Source: the human T2T-CHM13v2.0 reference genome, Homo sapiens. Taken from it: 64,000 bases of DNA. The translations under genes were made by a program, and so were the position numbers. Within the stretch, counting starts at the first letter, position 1; each line of letters starts with the position of its first letter. The notes beneath the pieces were generated by a model. The model was not told the origin of the DNA, did no database searches, and was given only the letters and a program-made list of their open reading frames with translations. The DNA lies in the NCBI RefSeq assembly GCF_009914755.1, contig NC_060937.1, one strand, 5' to 3'. Positions 41,661 through 64,000 of this stretch are shown one piece after another.

Positions 41661-42639
41661 AGTGGTGACAATGAATTTAAACTCCTCTTTCAGCGAGCCT
41701 AACTCCGAAAGGAATGGTATTATTTAGAGAACATGGGGGCAATGGTTTTTGGTTATTGTTTTTAATGGGAGAGAGTTGGGCATGTTTATATGCTGAGGAA
41801 AGGAGGTAGTAGATATTCAAAACAGGAGACAGGTGGAATAACCAATAGGAGCCAGGTCACTGAAAAGAGGCTGGGTTTTAGAGCACCTGCAGAGCATGGG
41901 CTTTCAGCAGGAAGAGGGACAGTTTTTCCTAAGAAAAAGAAGATAGGGAGAGAGAAGGAGAGAAGGACTCATGGATATAGAGAAGTTATGGAGCTAGAAA
42001 ACTGATTCTGCAGAACGCGTACTATCTCTGTGAAGGAGGAGGCACAGTCACACGATGAGTGTGTGTGGATGGGAGTGAGCTGAGGGATGAGGGTTTGGAA
42101 TCACTGATACACTGGGAAGGAAGCTGACCAGGCTTAGGATTGCCAGTCATCATGGAGGACCCCACTAAAACTGGAGACCATAAATTTGGGTGGACCAGTA
42201 AGTGCAACTCCCACTTACTGTTACCATTCCTGAGATATGTGCTTTACACAGATCTTTCCTTTGTCTTTGTTCCTCTACTAAACTATGCTGTGTCTAGGTA
42301 TAAATTTATTTTCGTTGTTGCTGCTTGATAATTGTTTTATTTCCCAGATATGATGATTACTGGCTTCAAATAATTATAGAAAGTTCACAGCTGGAATTGA
42401 TTTGCATATTGTTTTCTCATATTCTTTTCTTCTGGAACTCCTTTTCATATACATTTGACTTCATGCCTCTTAACTTCTCTGTCACATTTTCCATCATGTT
42501 TTTACTTAGACCTATCTTCCAGTTACTAACTCCTTTATTATCTGCACCTATTCTGTTTTTTAAACCATCAGTCGAATTTTAATTTCTATTCATAGATTTT
42601 TTTCAACTTCCAGAAGTTCTAGTGAATTATAAAAATTTT

Positions 42640-43318
<679 letters not shown>

Positions 43319-44276
43319 AACTTCCTGCTCTTTACCGAGGGACTATATTTTTCTTATGTTTGGATTCCTGAATTTAATTAAATTAAATAATTTTAAATAT
43401 ACAGTATTATAGTCTTCCTAAGATAATTATATTATCTGAAATTCTTTATGATCTAATCAGCATTTGTTCTATTTGCAATCTCTCATAGTGGATTCTGTTT
43501 TTAAATGTTCAATTGTAAGTTCATCTTCACCAGTGCTTCAGTGAAAAAATCCAACATTTATCCCTCCAGAATGTCTTATATTTACTTCTAAAAATCCCAG
43601 GAGTATTACCACCCCTTAATGTTAATTTTAGTGTTAATTTCTCAACATAGATGTTTCCAGCCCATACAAGTATTGTAATTCAAGCTCCAAACACAAGTGA
43701 AGTCAAATCTATGGTTATAAATGTCTTAGGGAGAATTTTTCTTCCAGAGATTGGGCTAAAACAGACAAGCCACATTACTGGTATTTTTTTTCTAGACCAC
43801 ACTTGCTCTTCAAGGGTCCCAGCTAGCAAGAATGGAGGGGGACCTAAGGAAGAAGACCCTATTAGATATTTAGGAGGTATACAGGAAGAGGAAGGAAAGG
43901 AAGAAAAAGCAATTTTAAACCCTCCAAAACAAAATGAGCCCACAAACTAAAATTCTAACACCTGAATAAATCTAATGGTAAGACAGATGGCATAAAATTA
44001 ATAAAAGAAAAAAATTGGACCATGAACTAACTCCAGATGAAATTATTTTTTATGGAGGATTTTGATAAGTCTCCTAAAGTAAGTATGCCCAAAAAGATAA
44101 ACTAAAGCAAAGCATTTAAATTTTTTAATTATGAGAAATCATTATGCATTAATGAAACAAGACCATATAAATATAAGAAAAAATAATTATCTTGGGCATG
44201 AAATATATAATCATTTAAATTAAAAACTCAATAGATGGTACCCAGATAGGCTTAGAAAACAGTATTCAAGGATTCA

Positions 44277-44570
<294 letters not shown>

Positions 44571-46135
44571 TCACCTGGAAAGGAACAAAGAAGAGAATAA
44601 AAAATATGAAAGTACAATTAGGTACTACTGGAGATAATTGAGAAGATAAAAAATATATCTAATATCTAATTGGAGAATCAAAATGGATGCAATAAGAAAA
44701 GCAAATATTAAAATTTTCCAGAACTAAAGAAAGTCATGTGTTCTCAAAAGAAAGTGAAGCAAGCAGGATAAAAGACATTTTTAGACCTAGACATACCATA
44801 GTGAAACATAAGAATGTAAGGAATTAAAAAAATTATAAAAGTATCAGGGAGAAAGTTAGCATCCCTATAAAGGAAAAATAATGAGATGATAGTTGATTTG
44901 TCATCAACAATAATAGAAGCCAGGAGAAAAAATAGTTGTCAACCTAAAATTATATGCCCAGCAAAATTACTGCTGAAGACTCAAGTCAAAACAAAAACAA
45001 TCTTTGATATGAAAAGAATAAGAAAGTTTACTACTCACTGACATATCATAAATAATTACTAAAGAATATACATCAACAAGAAAAAAACTGAAATCAGAGG
45101 GAAAGCACGGGATAGGAAAAAAATGGCAAGTTCAGAAAAATGATAAACTAAATTGGCAAAGTGAGTTACATTTGAGAATATGTATATATTAATACATATA
45201 ATAATATATATAATATTTTTGTTTGAAAAAAGGTAAAATTGGATGAAATGATTTGATATCTGAGACTTAAAGTATTCCACACTTACAAAAAAAAAAGTGT
45301 GGGGGACATGAAGACAGAAAAGAAACAATGTTGATAATTGTTGAAGCTAGATGATGGATACATGAGGGTTCATTATGCTGTTCTCTACTTGCACTATAAA
45401 TGTTTGAAATTTTTAATAATAAAAAAGCTTTTTAAGTAAAATTATACTTCTATATTAAAATATCAGAATAAAAGGGTTTTGTGGTGATTAAAATTGTGTT
45501 TTTCATATTTGGGAGGAAGGAAGGAATACTGAGCAACTTTTGAATTTGTTAGATCAATTTGTAGGTAGTGTATAAAAGCTAACCATTAAAAGATTAGAAA
45601 TATAATCTGTATCTTCAAAATTATTATGGGGGGAAAATTAATATAGAAAAGTTTGTCAACCAACAAAAGGCTAGGAAAGAAGGGTAAAAAAGAAATAAGA
45701 AAAGATAATAAATAGAAAACCAAAATGGTATGGTAGAGTGAAATCCAAATTTGTCAACATTATAATAAATTTTACTAAATTAACATTAAAAGACATTTTC
45801 ACATGACAAGGAGCACATAAACCAACTACATGCACTTTATAAGAAATACAGCATAACAAAATCACAAAGAAATGATGAAAATAAAAGAATAGAAAAATAC
45901 ATATTATAAAAGTACTTAAAAAAATAAAGAAGTTAGAATAGTAATATCTGTATCAGACCAAATAGAACTTAATGCAAACAGCATTAATAGGAAAAAAAAG
46001 TGACAATGTAAAAAAGGGACACTTTACTTTTTAAAGGACACTTTAAAAAAAATCAATTTTTAAAGTGATTAAGGCCGGGTACAGTGGATCATGCCTGTAA
46101 TCCCAGCACTTTGGGAGGCTGAGGTGGGTGAATCA

Positions 46136-46418
<283 letters not shown>

Positions 46419-46710
46419 TCAGAAATTTCCAACTTGAATCATACCATTAAGAAAATGAACACAAATACCCAGATGGTGAGAAAATGTTAGCAAAGCAGAT
46501 ATCTGACAAAGAACTAGTAGCAAAGATATATAAATAATTTTAAAATTATAAAGACACCACTTCACACCTAGTAGATGGGTTAAAAATGTTAAAACTGACC
46601 ATACCAAGTGTTGGTAAGGATGTTGAACAACTGGAACTCTTACACACTGTTCACAGGAATGTGAAATAGAATAACCACTTTGGAAAACAGTAAGTTAAAC
46701 ATTTACCAAC

Positions 46711-47138
46711 TGTGATGGTTTATACAGAGTGTCAACTTGATTGGATTGAAGGATTCAAAGTATTGATCCTGGGTGTGTCTGTGAGGGTGTTGCCAAAGGA
46801 GATTAACATTTGAGTCAGTGGGCTGGGAAAGGCAGACTCACCCTTAATCTGAGTGGGCGCAATCTATTCGGCTGCCAGCACGGCTAGAATGTAAGCAGGC
46901 AGAAAAATGTGAAAAGAGAGACTGGCCTAGCTTCGCAGCCTACAGCTTTCTCCTATGCTGGATGCTTCCTGCCCTCGAACATCAGACTCCAAGTTCTTCG
47001 GTTTTGAATTTGGACTGGCTCTCCTCTCTCCTCAGCCTGCAGATGGCCTATTGTGGGACCCTGTGATTGTGTGAGTTATACTTAATAAACTCCCCTTTAT
47101 ATTCCATTACTTCTGTCGCTCTAGAGAACCCTAGTACA
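46711..47138 (+). mobile_element. MLT2A (HERV-L) solo LTR
   Basis: tgtgatggtt...gtcaacttgattggattgaagga start; 5-bp TSD CCAAC. Confidence 0.85.
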
Positions 47139-47185
47139 CCAACCATACAACTCCGCCATTCCACTCCTAGGTGTTTGCCCACAAG

Positions 47186-47283
47186 AAATGAAAACTTAGG
47201 TTCACATACAGAATATACACAAATATTCATAGCCAAATGAAAACTTAGGTTCACATACAGAATATACACAAATATTCATAGCC
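47186..47283. repeat. Perfect 49-bp tandem duplication
   Basis: aaatgaaaacttaggttcacatacagaatatacacaaatattcatagcc twice. Confidence 0.97.
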
Positions 47284-47946
47284 CAAATCTGGAAACAACA
47301 TAAACGTCCCCAACAGGTGAATCTACAAACAAATTGTGGTATATCTACACAATGGGATACTACTGAGCAATATAAAGTAAATGAACTATCAATATATACA
47401 ACAACATGAATAAGTCTCAAAATTATTCTCAAACAGTAGGGTTTCTAGGCAATTTAAGGGTGTTGTTTCTCTGTAGTCTAAGCCAAAGCCCAAGATAGAG
47501 AAGGGCTTATATCAAAAAGATTTGTGGGTCTGGCTGTTATCTAACGAAGTGCCTCCCCATAAGAGTTGCAGAGACCTCTAAGATTTTTGAAAGAAATATA
47601 TATACAGAAGCATAACCAGGTTGGAATGAAAGGGACACAGACAGTATGAAACGAAAAGAGGCCTTTGGATTCCAAAATTCTGCTGGCAAGGAGGCTAAGA
47701 AAACTCCTTCTTTTCCTCCTTCCTTTGCTAGACAAGGTGATTCTAATGTCCATATGGAAAAATAAGCAAAACAAGCCTGAAAACTCTAAGGAAGAGTATT
47801 TAGGGGACCTAGCCCTCAAAATAATAAACTATATTATAAACAATGTGTTTATAAATCAATAATTAGACTAGAAAGAATAGGAATTGAATGCAAATACGTA
47901 TAAAAACGTACCATAACAGTAGCATTTCAAATTAGAATAAAAAATC

Positions 47947-49560
<1,614 letters not shown>

Positions 49561-50357
49561 CCTAGAATCTTTGTTTTATAAAATAATTGATTAATCTAAC
49601 TAAACAAAAATAACATGGCACAAGTCACCATAAACAAAATAAAAGGCAAAAACCAAGGAAAATATTTTTGAATCATGTTACAGATAAAAGACTAATTTCC
49701 CTGAAGTGCAGAAAGTTCCCAAATCAATACAATGTTAATACCCAAATTTTAAAAATGGCCCATGAACGAATTTTCCTGAAAGAGGAAATAAAGATGGCTC
49801 TTTAGCATATGGAAAGATAACCTCACTCACAAAAGAAATGCCAATTAAAACTATCATGAACTGACTTTTATTTAACCTATCAATTATGCAATAATCCAAA
49901 AATCTGACAACACACTGAGCAAGAGAATGGGGAAATAGGCACTTCTAGATACTGATGTTAATAGGTGTAACCTCTGTGAAGGACAATTTTATGATATCCA
50001 ATTTACAAGTGTACATGCTCTTTGACCCAATACTTTTTGTTCTGGAAATTTAAACTATACATATACTAGTTTTTGAAACAATAATATGTATTCAACATAA
50101 TACTGTTAAATAAAAAAAAAGCAAATTATAGGACAGTGCACTATGGAACCATTTATATAAAAAGACACATTTACACAAGAAATATATTTTTGCTTATATT
50201 TGTATGGAATTCCTCTGGAGAAGTATACACAAGAAGCAGATTAGATTGGTTGACTGTAGGGAGGAGGACTGTGTAGCTGATGTAAAGAGTTAGGTAGTAG
50301 GAAGACTGAAAAGGGTCTACTTAAAAAATTTGGGACGTATTTTAAAAGTAAATCATG

Positions 50358-52265
<1,908 letters not shown>

Positions 52266-52387
52266 TTAAAAGATTCATAATCCCAAATATGCCAATTCCC
52301 ATAATTTAATCAATAAATAAAATGTCATTCCCACCAAAATCCCAACAACGTTTCTCATACTTTATAAGAGAATGCAAAGAGGTACAG

Positions 52388-52590
52388 CAGGGGTGTCCAA
52401 TCTTTTGGCTTCCCTGGCACATTGGAAGAATTGTCTTGGGCCACACATAAAATACACTAACACTAACAACAGCTGATGAACTAAAAAAAAAAAAAAATTG
52501 CAAAAAAATCTCATAATGTTTTAAGAAAGTTTACAAACTTGTGTTGGGCCGCATTCAAAGCTGTCCTGGGCTGTGGCTTGGACAAGCTTG
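52388..52590 (+). mobile_element. MER30 hAT DNA element
   Basis: caggggtgtccaatcttttggcttccctgg...ttggacaagcttg. Confidence 0.85.
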
Positions 52591-52919
52591 ATATACTGTG
52601 TATGATGAGGAATGGGCAACAATAGTTAAGATAATTTTGAAGAAAATGCTGTGAAGACTGCTAGCACAATATGTGAGGACTGGCCCCACCAGGTATCAGG
52701 AGGTACAATGGAAGCCATGGAAGTTAAGACAGAGTATCACTGATGCAAATGTAGAAAATGATGCCATTGGAGAAGAATGGAGAGCCCAGAACCAAACCCG
52801 TGCATTGTAAAACTTGATCTTTGTAGCCAGGTCTCAGTTGGCTATTTTGAATGTCTCAACTGCAGCATTTTCACTTTGTACCAGTGCTCGACTTAGGTAT
52901 CGGCAAATGATCTACTTAC

Positions 52920-53037
52920 GTATCATCATCATCAGATCTTGGTTCTAGTTGTTCCTCATCTACTTCAATGCCAGAGACCATTTCTACCTTCCCTTCATCT
53001 TCTTCTTTGGGTAGCCATTGTTTTAATGTTCCCATTG
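52920..53037 (-). CDS. NEK5: NEK5 penultimate coding exon (MGTLKQWLPKEEDEG...EPRSDDDDT)
   Basis: Acceptor TTCTTTAG|C, donor AC|GTAAG, 118 nt; AC+A makes Thr in frame with the terminal exon. Confidence 0.85.
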
Positions 53038-53512
53038 CTAAAGAAATGACAGAGAAAGATATGAAAGCATCCCAGCCTATATACCCAATGAGGGGCATAT
53101 ACCAAAAACCTGATAGTGAACATCAGTATAATGGTAAACCTTTTAGCCATTTCCATCAAAACAGAGAATAAGAAAGGGATAACACAACCAGACAAGTAAA
53201 AGTGACAGGAATAAGGATCAGAGAGGAAGAGATAAAACACCTCCACTTTTGGGGTAGATGCTTTCATTGTATTAGAAAAATTAAGAAAATCTTTGTGTAA
53301 AAAAAAGATTTACCACAGTTGGACCACTCTTATTCTCCACTGTTTCTATAACCTGAGTCTCCCACCATGGTTAGACTTCATCATGAATGCCTGTAGGGAA
53401 AACCCAAAGCACACACACACCTTCATCTTTTTTTTTTTTTTTGCAGTTTTTTTTTTTACTTAAAATGTGCTTTTTATTTTTCCTCTTGGGAAAAGGACTA
53501 GATTGAAGATAG

Positions 53513-53833
<321 letters not shown>

Positions 53834-54473
53834 CTAGTGTTCGTTTTTTAATACCACAAAGAATTATAAGGCAGGGGCTTTTTTTTTTTTTTAGAACTCT
53901 GGTCAGAAGTCAGGTTAATTAAAAGTTTAATATTTAGGCTATAAACGTTTTTTAAAGGCCTTTTCTGCTTTTTCTTCTTTTGGATGCTGTTTCCAGAATT
54001 TTTTTTTTCAGTTGCTTCCTATCTTTTTGGCATGACTTCTGCTGAGAAAAATGTACAACTTCTCACTGGCCTTTTAGTTAGCTTAAAAACCTCCCCAAAT
54101 TGGCTCCTATATGACTTGTTCTTCTATTTCCTTCCACTTCTGCTCCTCCTCCCTTTTGCCATTTTCAATAACACGTGAAGGAATCTGCAGGAGACTTCTA
54201 ATGACTCTAAAACCCCTCGAAGAATGCAGAAAAGGTGCCATTCATCCCTCCTTAGGTTGGTCTGTTTTCCTAGTGGAGTACAAAGAGTCATGGGCAGGTT
54301 CCTCTCAGATCTAAAGCTCTACTGTCTTTTGCAGTAAGTTACTTGATCAATCTGACTTTGGGGTACCAGGGATTACATTGTACTGTGAGAGAGAACTGAT
54401 TTTTGTGTGTGCAATGGCTGACGAGTCACTGATAAAAGCTGTAGTTTTGGAAGTGGCTGACAGCGGCTGCGGT

Positions 54474-55146
54474 TGTGAAAGGAAAATAAATCTCGGGACC
54501 GATTTATCACTAAGGCAAGAGAAAAGCTGAAAACTACGTCAGGCAAACCTGCCTCCCATTTTATTCCTAAATAAGATAGCTACAATTATAAAAAAGCTAC
54601 ATACCTCCCTCACAATTTGCCCACAGGGAAGTTCCTTGTAGGCCTCAGGATCTTTACCCTAAAACAATTCTGTTGAATTTCACCCTGGCAATGTAAACTG
54701 ATCGCTGATCTTCACAGGTGCAGGACAGAAAGTCATTCCTCTGCTCACCTGAGACAAATCATATCTGATTGCTTCTGCCCTATTGTTTATGTAAAAATGC
54801 AGATTCACTGAGCCAGACTAAATTGTGTATTCAGTGAAAGGCTGATCAAGGACTCAAAAGCATGCAAACTTTTGTCTCTTATCTACCTATGACCTGGAAG
54901 CCCTCCCCCCGACCCCACCCCCGCCCTGCTTCAAGTCGCCCCTCTTTTCTGGACCAAACCAAGGTACAATTTACACATAGTAATTGATTTCTCATGTCTC
55001 CCTAAAATGTATAAAAGCAAACTGTACCCTGACCACCTTGGACACATGTCATCAGGACCTCCTGAGGCTTTGTCACAGACGCATCTGTAACCTTGGCAAA
55101 ATAAACTTTCTAAATTGAGACCTATCTCAGATATTTTGGGTACACA
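54474..55146 (+). mobile_element. MER4A-like ERV1 solo LTR inserted in older ERV internal sequence (about 53330-57100, resuming after 62820)
   Basis: tgtgaaaggaaaataaatctc start, ctcagatattttgggtacaca end; 4-bp TSD cggt/cagt. Confidence 0.75.
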
Positions 55147-55834
55147 CAGTGAATGGTTGTTACTGGATGGGGCTACTTACTTCTTTGTGCATTTAGATTG
55201 AAAGACAGGTTTGAACACTTGGAGGTTATGGGAACACCACCAAGGTATAAGACTCCTATTGGGGATGGGCTGCTCACAGAGTAGCTTGACTGGCATTAGG
55301 TTACCCACCAGCCTCAGGGGAACGTATTTGCAGCAAGGAGCACAGACTCATGGTGTTTCCCTCTTTGTGGGGGACCCAGGATTCAATATAGAAGTGAGAT
55401 CCTTGATTTTGAAAGATTTAGATGCACTGCCTTCGAGTTTTGCCTGCTTTTCACATATTAAATATTAGGCCCTGTTTTAAAATTCTTTGTAAAAAAAAAA
55501 GATTTATATCTATAAAGGAAATCTTCATTTGTAAGGCCTCCCTCTACACCCAAGCCACCAGAAATTTTTAAGATGGGAAAGGCATTGGTTTAAAGTTCAC
55601 ATAACAAACCTTACCTTTGTTCCAGACACCTTTCCTGGCAATCTTGTCTTGACTAAACCTTGACTGTGCCTTTTTTTTTCCAGCAAACAATAGTGTTTAG
55701 ATCTAAGTTCTGTGCCCTTAAGAGTCATCCTTTCAGAAGTACAAATTTAGGGTTGGCTTGCTAACAATTGTTTAGGGCAATGGAACAGGTAATCAAGAGA
55801 TTGATAGTCTAAAGTTGGAGGACATGGTGGCTCA

Positions 55835-56133
55835 GGCTGGGTGCAGTGGCTCACACCTGTAATCCCAGTACTTTGGGAGGCTGAGGCAGGTGGATCACTT
55901 GAGGTCAGGAGTTCAAAACCAGCCTGGCCAACATGGTGAAACCCAGTCTGTACTAAAAATACAAAAATTAGCTGGGCATAGTGGCATGCGCCTGTAATCC
56001 CAGCTGCTCCAGAGGCTGAGGCAGGAGAATCACTTGAACCTGGGAGGTAGAGGGTGCAGTGAGCCGAAACTCCAACCTGCGTAACAAAGTGAGACTCCGT
56101 CTCAAAAATAAATAAATAAATAAAATAAAAAAT
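55835..56133 (+). mobile_element. Alu (AluS-like)
   Basis: Dimeric Alu with (TAAA)n tail; flanking repeat taaagttggagga. Confidence 0.88.
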
Positions 56134-57657
56134 AAAGTTGGAGGAAAAATTATTTGAAAACTGGCAAATGAAAGCCTTATGAAGCTACAAAACCTGCTTC
56201 TGTGTGTATGTTTATATGTATCATGTGTATGTGATTTTGTAACTGAGTGCCCTATTTTTAATTTTTTTTTCCTCCTGCAGCCCTCTGTATTAACTTTTTA
56301 GTAATGAAATAAAAATCTTGACTTTCTTTCCACCAAGCACTCCCTTGCATTGCTGGCTTATCTAATTATGTTTGCTTAGAAGTTCCAGAGATTGAATCTT
56401 GAGACAATCCAGATGCATATGAAATTCTCCCCCACCAGGAACTTCAAGGCTGCAGCTAATTTACAACCCAGACAAGCCCGAGATGGTACCAGCCCAATTC
56501 ACCAGATGGGGCAATAACTCAAGATAAGTCATTGGAACAAGTCACGTAGACTTGCACCATCTCGCCCCACATACCCTCCATACCAAACATCCTCTTCTTA
56601 AGCCCTAGCATTTTGCCTGAGAATTCCGAAGTGGTTTTATTAAGGCAGGAGCCTGAACCATCTCCCCACTGCTAGCGCTGAAAAATAAAGGCACTTTCCT
56701 TCTACTGCACCTTGTCCTTGTTATTCAATTTTGCAAGCGGAGGGCAGCTGAACTTGTGTTTTGTTGATATTTCACTACCAAAATATATGAAAGAGCTATA
56801 GTTAATTGGCTTAAAGAAAAAGTAAGTGCTTAAATGAAATATTTTATCAGAAAAGTAGAAATGCACTAAAATGCCTTTTAATTCTTGTAACTTGGGTAAA
56901 TTTTTGGTAAATAAGACTAGTTTTTTGGTTTAATGAAAGCAGCAGTGTCATTTGATCAGCAAAACGTCCATGTATTAACCTTAGGGCTTTTGCTTTGGTG
57001 GTGACTGCCTAACATTCACAAACTGTAGAAATGATTAATAAAGAAATAAGATGATGGCTAGATTTGTCCAATGTTTCCTGAAAATTTCCAAACATAGTTG
57101 TTATGAAGGAATAAATAAATGTAATGAAATAAGAGGTTTTTGTTTGTTTGTTTAGAGTTGGAGTCTCACTCTGTCACACTAACTGGAGTGCAGCAGCACA
57201 ATCATGGCTCATGGCAGCCTCCAACTCCAGGGCTCAAGTGATCCTCCTGCCTCAGCCTCCCAAAGGGCTGGGATTACAGGCATGAGCCTGGCCAGGTAGA
57301 AGTTTTAATAATAATTAGGTTTTCCAAAAAGACAGCAGTAACCTCTGCAGACTTAAAAGTCCCTGTCTGACAGCTTTGAAGAGAGCAGTGGTTCTCCCAG
57401 CACGCAGCTGGAGATCTGAGAACAGGCAGACTGCCTCCTCAAGTGGGTCCCTGACCCCTGACCCCTGAGCAGCCTAACTGGGAGGCACCCCCCAGCAGGG
57501 GCAGACTGACACCTCACACGGCCGGGTACTCCAACAGACCTGCAGCTGAGGGTCCTGTCTGTTAGAAGGAAAACTAACAAACAGAAGGGACATCCACACC
57601 AAAAACCCATCTGTACATCACCATCATCAAAGACCAAAAGTAGATAAAACCACAAAG

Positions 57658-58672
57658 ATGGGGAAAAAACAGAGCAGAAAAACTGGAAACTCTAAAAAGC
57701 AGAGCACCTCTCCTCCTCCAAAGGAACGCAGTTCCTCACCAGCAACAGAACAAAGCTGGACGGAGAATGACTTTGACAAGCTGAGAGAAGAAGGCTTCAG
57801 ACGATCAAATTACTCCGAGCTATGGGAGGACATTCAAACCAAAGGCAAAGAAGTTGAAAACTTTGAAAAAAATTTAGAAGAATGTATGACTAGAATAACC
57901 AATACAGAGAAGTGCTTAAAGGAGCTGATGGAGCTGAAAACCAAGGCTCGAGAACTACGTGAAGAATGCAGAAGCCTCAGGAGCCGATGCGATCAACTGG
58001 AAGGAAGGGTATCAGTGATGGAAGATCAAATGAATGAAATGAAGCAAGAAGGGAAGTTTAGAGAAAAAAGAATAAAAAGAAACGAGCAAAGCCTCCAAGA
58101 AATATGGGACTATGTGAAAAGACCAAATCTACGTCTGATTGGTGTACCTGAAAGTGATGGGGAGAATGGAACCAAGTTGGAAAACACTCTGCAGGATATT
58201 ATCCAGGAGAACTTCCCCAATCTAGCAAGGCAGGCCAACATTCAGGTTCAGGAAATACAGAGAACACCACAAAGATACTCCTCGAGAAGAGCAACTCCAA
58301 GACACATAATTGTCAGATTCACCAAAGTTGAAATGAAGGAAAAAATGTTAAGGGCAGCCAGAGAGAAATGTCAGGTTATCCTCAAAGGGAAGCCCATCAG
58401 ACTAACAGTGGATCTCTCGGCAGAAACTCTACAAGCCAGAACAGAGGGGGGCCAATATTCAACATTCTTAAAGAAAAGAATTTTCAACCCAGAATTTCAT
58501 ATCCAGCCAAACTAAGCTTCATAAGTGAAGGAGAAATAAAATACTTTACAGACAAGCAAATGCTGAGAGATTTTGTCACCACCGGCCTGCCCTACAAGAG
58601 CTCCTGAAGGAAGCGCTAAACATGGAAAGGAACAACCGGTACCAGCCACTGCAAAATCATGCCAAAATGTAA
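57658..58672 (+). pseudogene. L1 ORF1p, frameshifted
   Basis: MGKKQSRKTG start; frame breaks near 58440 and 58585; ancestral stop TAA at 58670. Confidence 0.92.
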
Positions 58673-58735
58673 AGACCATCGAGACTACGAAGAAACTGCA
58701 CCAACTAACGAGCGAAATAACCAGCTAACATCATA

Positions 58736-62565
<3,830 letters not shown>

Positions 62566-63089
62566 ACAATAAGAACACATGGACACAGGAAGGGGAACAT
62601 CACACTCTGGGGCCTGTTGTGGGGTGGGGGGACGGGGGAGGGATAGCATTGGGAGATATACCTAATGCTTGATGACGAGTTAGTGGGTGCAGCACACCAG
62701 CATGGCACATGTATACATATGTAACTAACCTGCACATTGTGCACATGTACCCTAAAACTTAAAGTATAATAATAAAAAAATAAAAAAATAATAATAATCA
62801 TAATAATAATTAGGTTTTCTAATGTGTTTACTTAAAAAAGGTTTTTCAAATCCTTTTGGTAACTTTTTCTCCTCAAGTTTTGCTAAGCTAAATTAAATGA
62901 TAGGTATTCATTATCTAGATCATCTCCAAATAACATATAATGCTAAGATATTAATGACTAATTATGAGTTTATAATCTTAAACTTTTGGCTTCATACTTC
63001 AGAGAAACAAAGATACTTAGATGTGTTAATAAAATGTCCTGTTCCACATAAAAAAATTCCATTAGAAAGCCTCTTTCAAAATATTATAA

Positions 63090-63603
<514 letters not shown>

Positions 63604-63880
63604 TAGCTTTTCTTGTAGCACTTCACACTTGAATATCTGATATAAGAACAAACCCTCATTATGATGTGATTTCCCTCAAACTTTATTTTTTATTTTTAGA
63701 GACAAGTTCTTGCTCTGTCAGCCAGGCTGGAGAGCAGTGATCATAGTTCACAGCATCCTCTAACTCCTAGCCTCAAGAGATCCTCCTGCCTCAGCCTCCC
63801 AAAGTCCTGGAATTATAGGCGTGAGCCATTACACCCAGGCCCCTCAAATTTTAGAAAATGATGGTTGGCTTCCCTTAAAG

Positions 63881-64000
63881 CAGTGGTCCCCAACCTTTCT
63901 GGCACCAGGGACCAGTTTCATGGAAGACAATTTTTCCATGGGGGCAGGGAAGGGGAGTGGTTTTGGGGACCTCAGATCATCAGGCATTAGATTCTCATAA
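63881..64000 (+). mobile_element. MER1-type hAT element, cut by the window edge (preceded by an antisense Alu monomer at 63683-63840)
   Basis: cagtggtccccaacctt...ggcaccagggaccagtttcatggaagacaatttttcc. Confidence 0.8.

Overview
Human DNA from the ATP7B / ALG11 / UTP14C / NEK5 locus (13q14.3), recognised from the encoded peptides. Bases 1-14.1 kb are ATP7B intron 1, with ATP7B coding exon 1 on the minus strand. A CpG-island bidirectional promoter is shared with ALG11. All four ALG11 coding exons are present (1479 nt, 492 aa). The intronless retrogene UTP14C (766 aa) sits inside the ALG11 last exon, still flanked by a 17-bp target-site duplication (TSD). The last two coding exons of a long NEK5 isoform converge tail-to-tail from the minus strand. 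The rest is transposon-derived: many Alus, a full THE1A, solo LTRs, Tigger1, MER20/MER30 and a 5'-truncated, inactivated L1PA. I found no evidence of a wholly new gene system. The best leads are the regulatory architecture of the ALG11-UTP14C unit (proximal poly(A) signal and uORFs at the insertion site), a possible in-frame Cys-rich N-terminal extension of ATP7B through an upstream exon, a possible in-frame Alu exon in ALG11, and several unusual retrotransposition scars. Repeat subfamily names come from recalled consensus sequences, not a RepeatMasker run, and repeat boundaries without a TSD are approximate.
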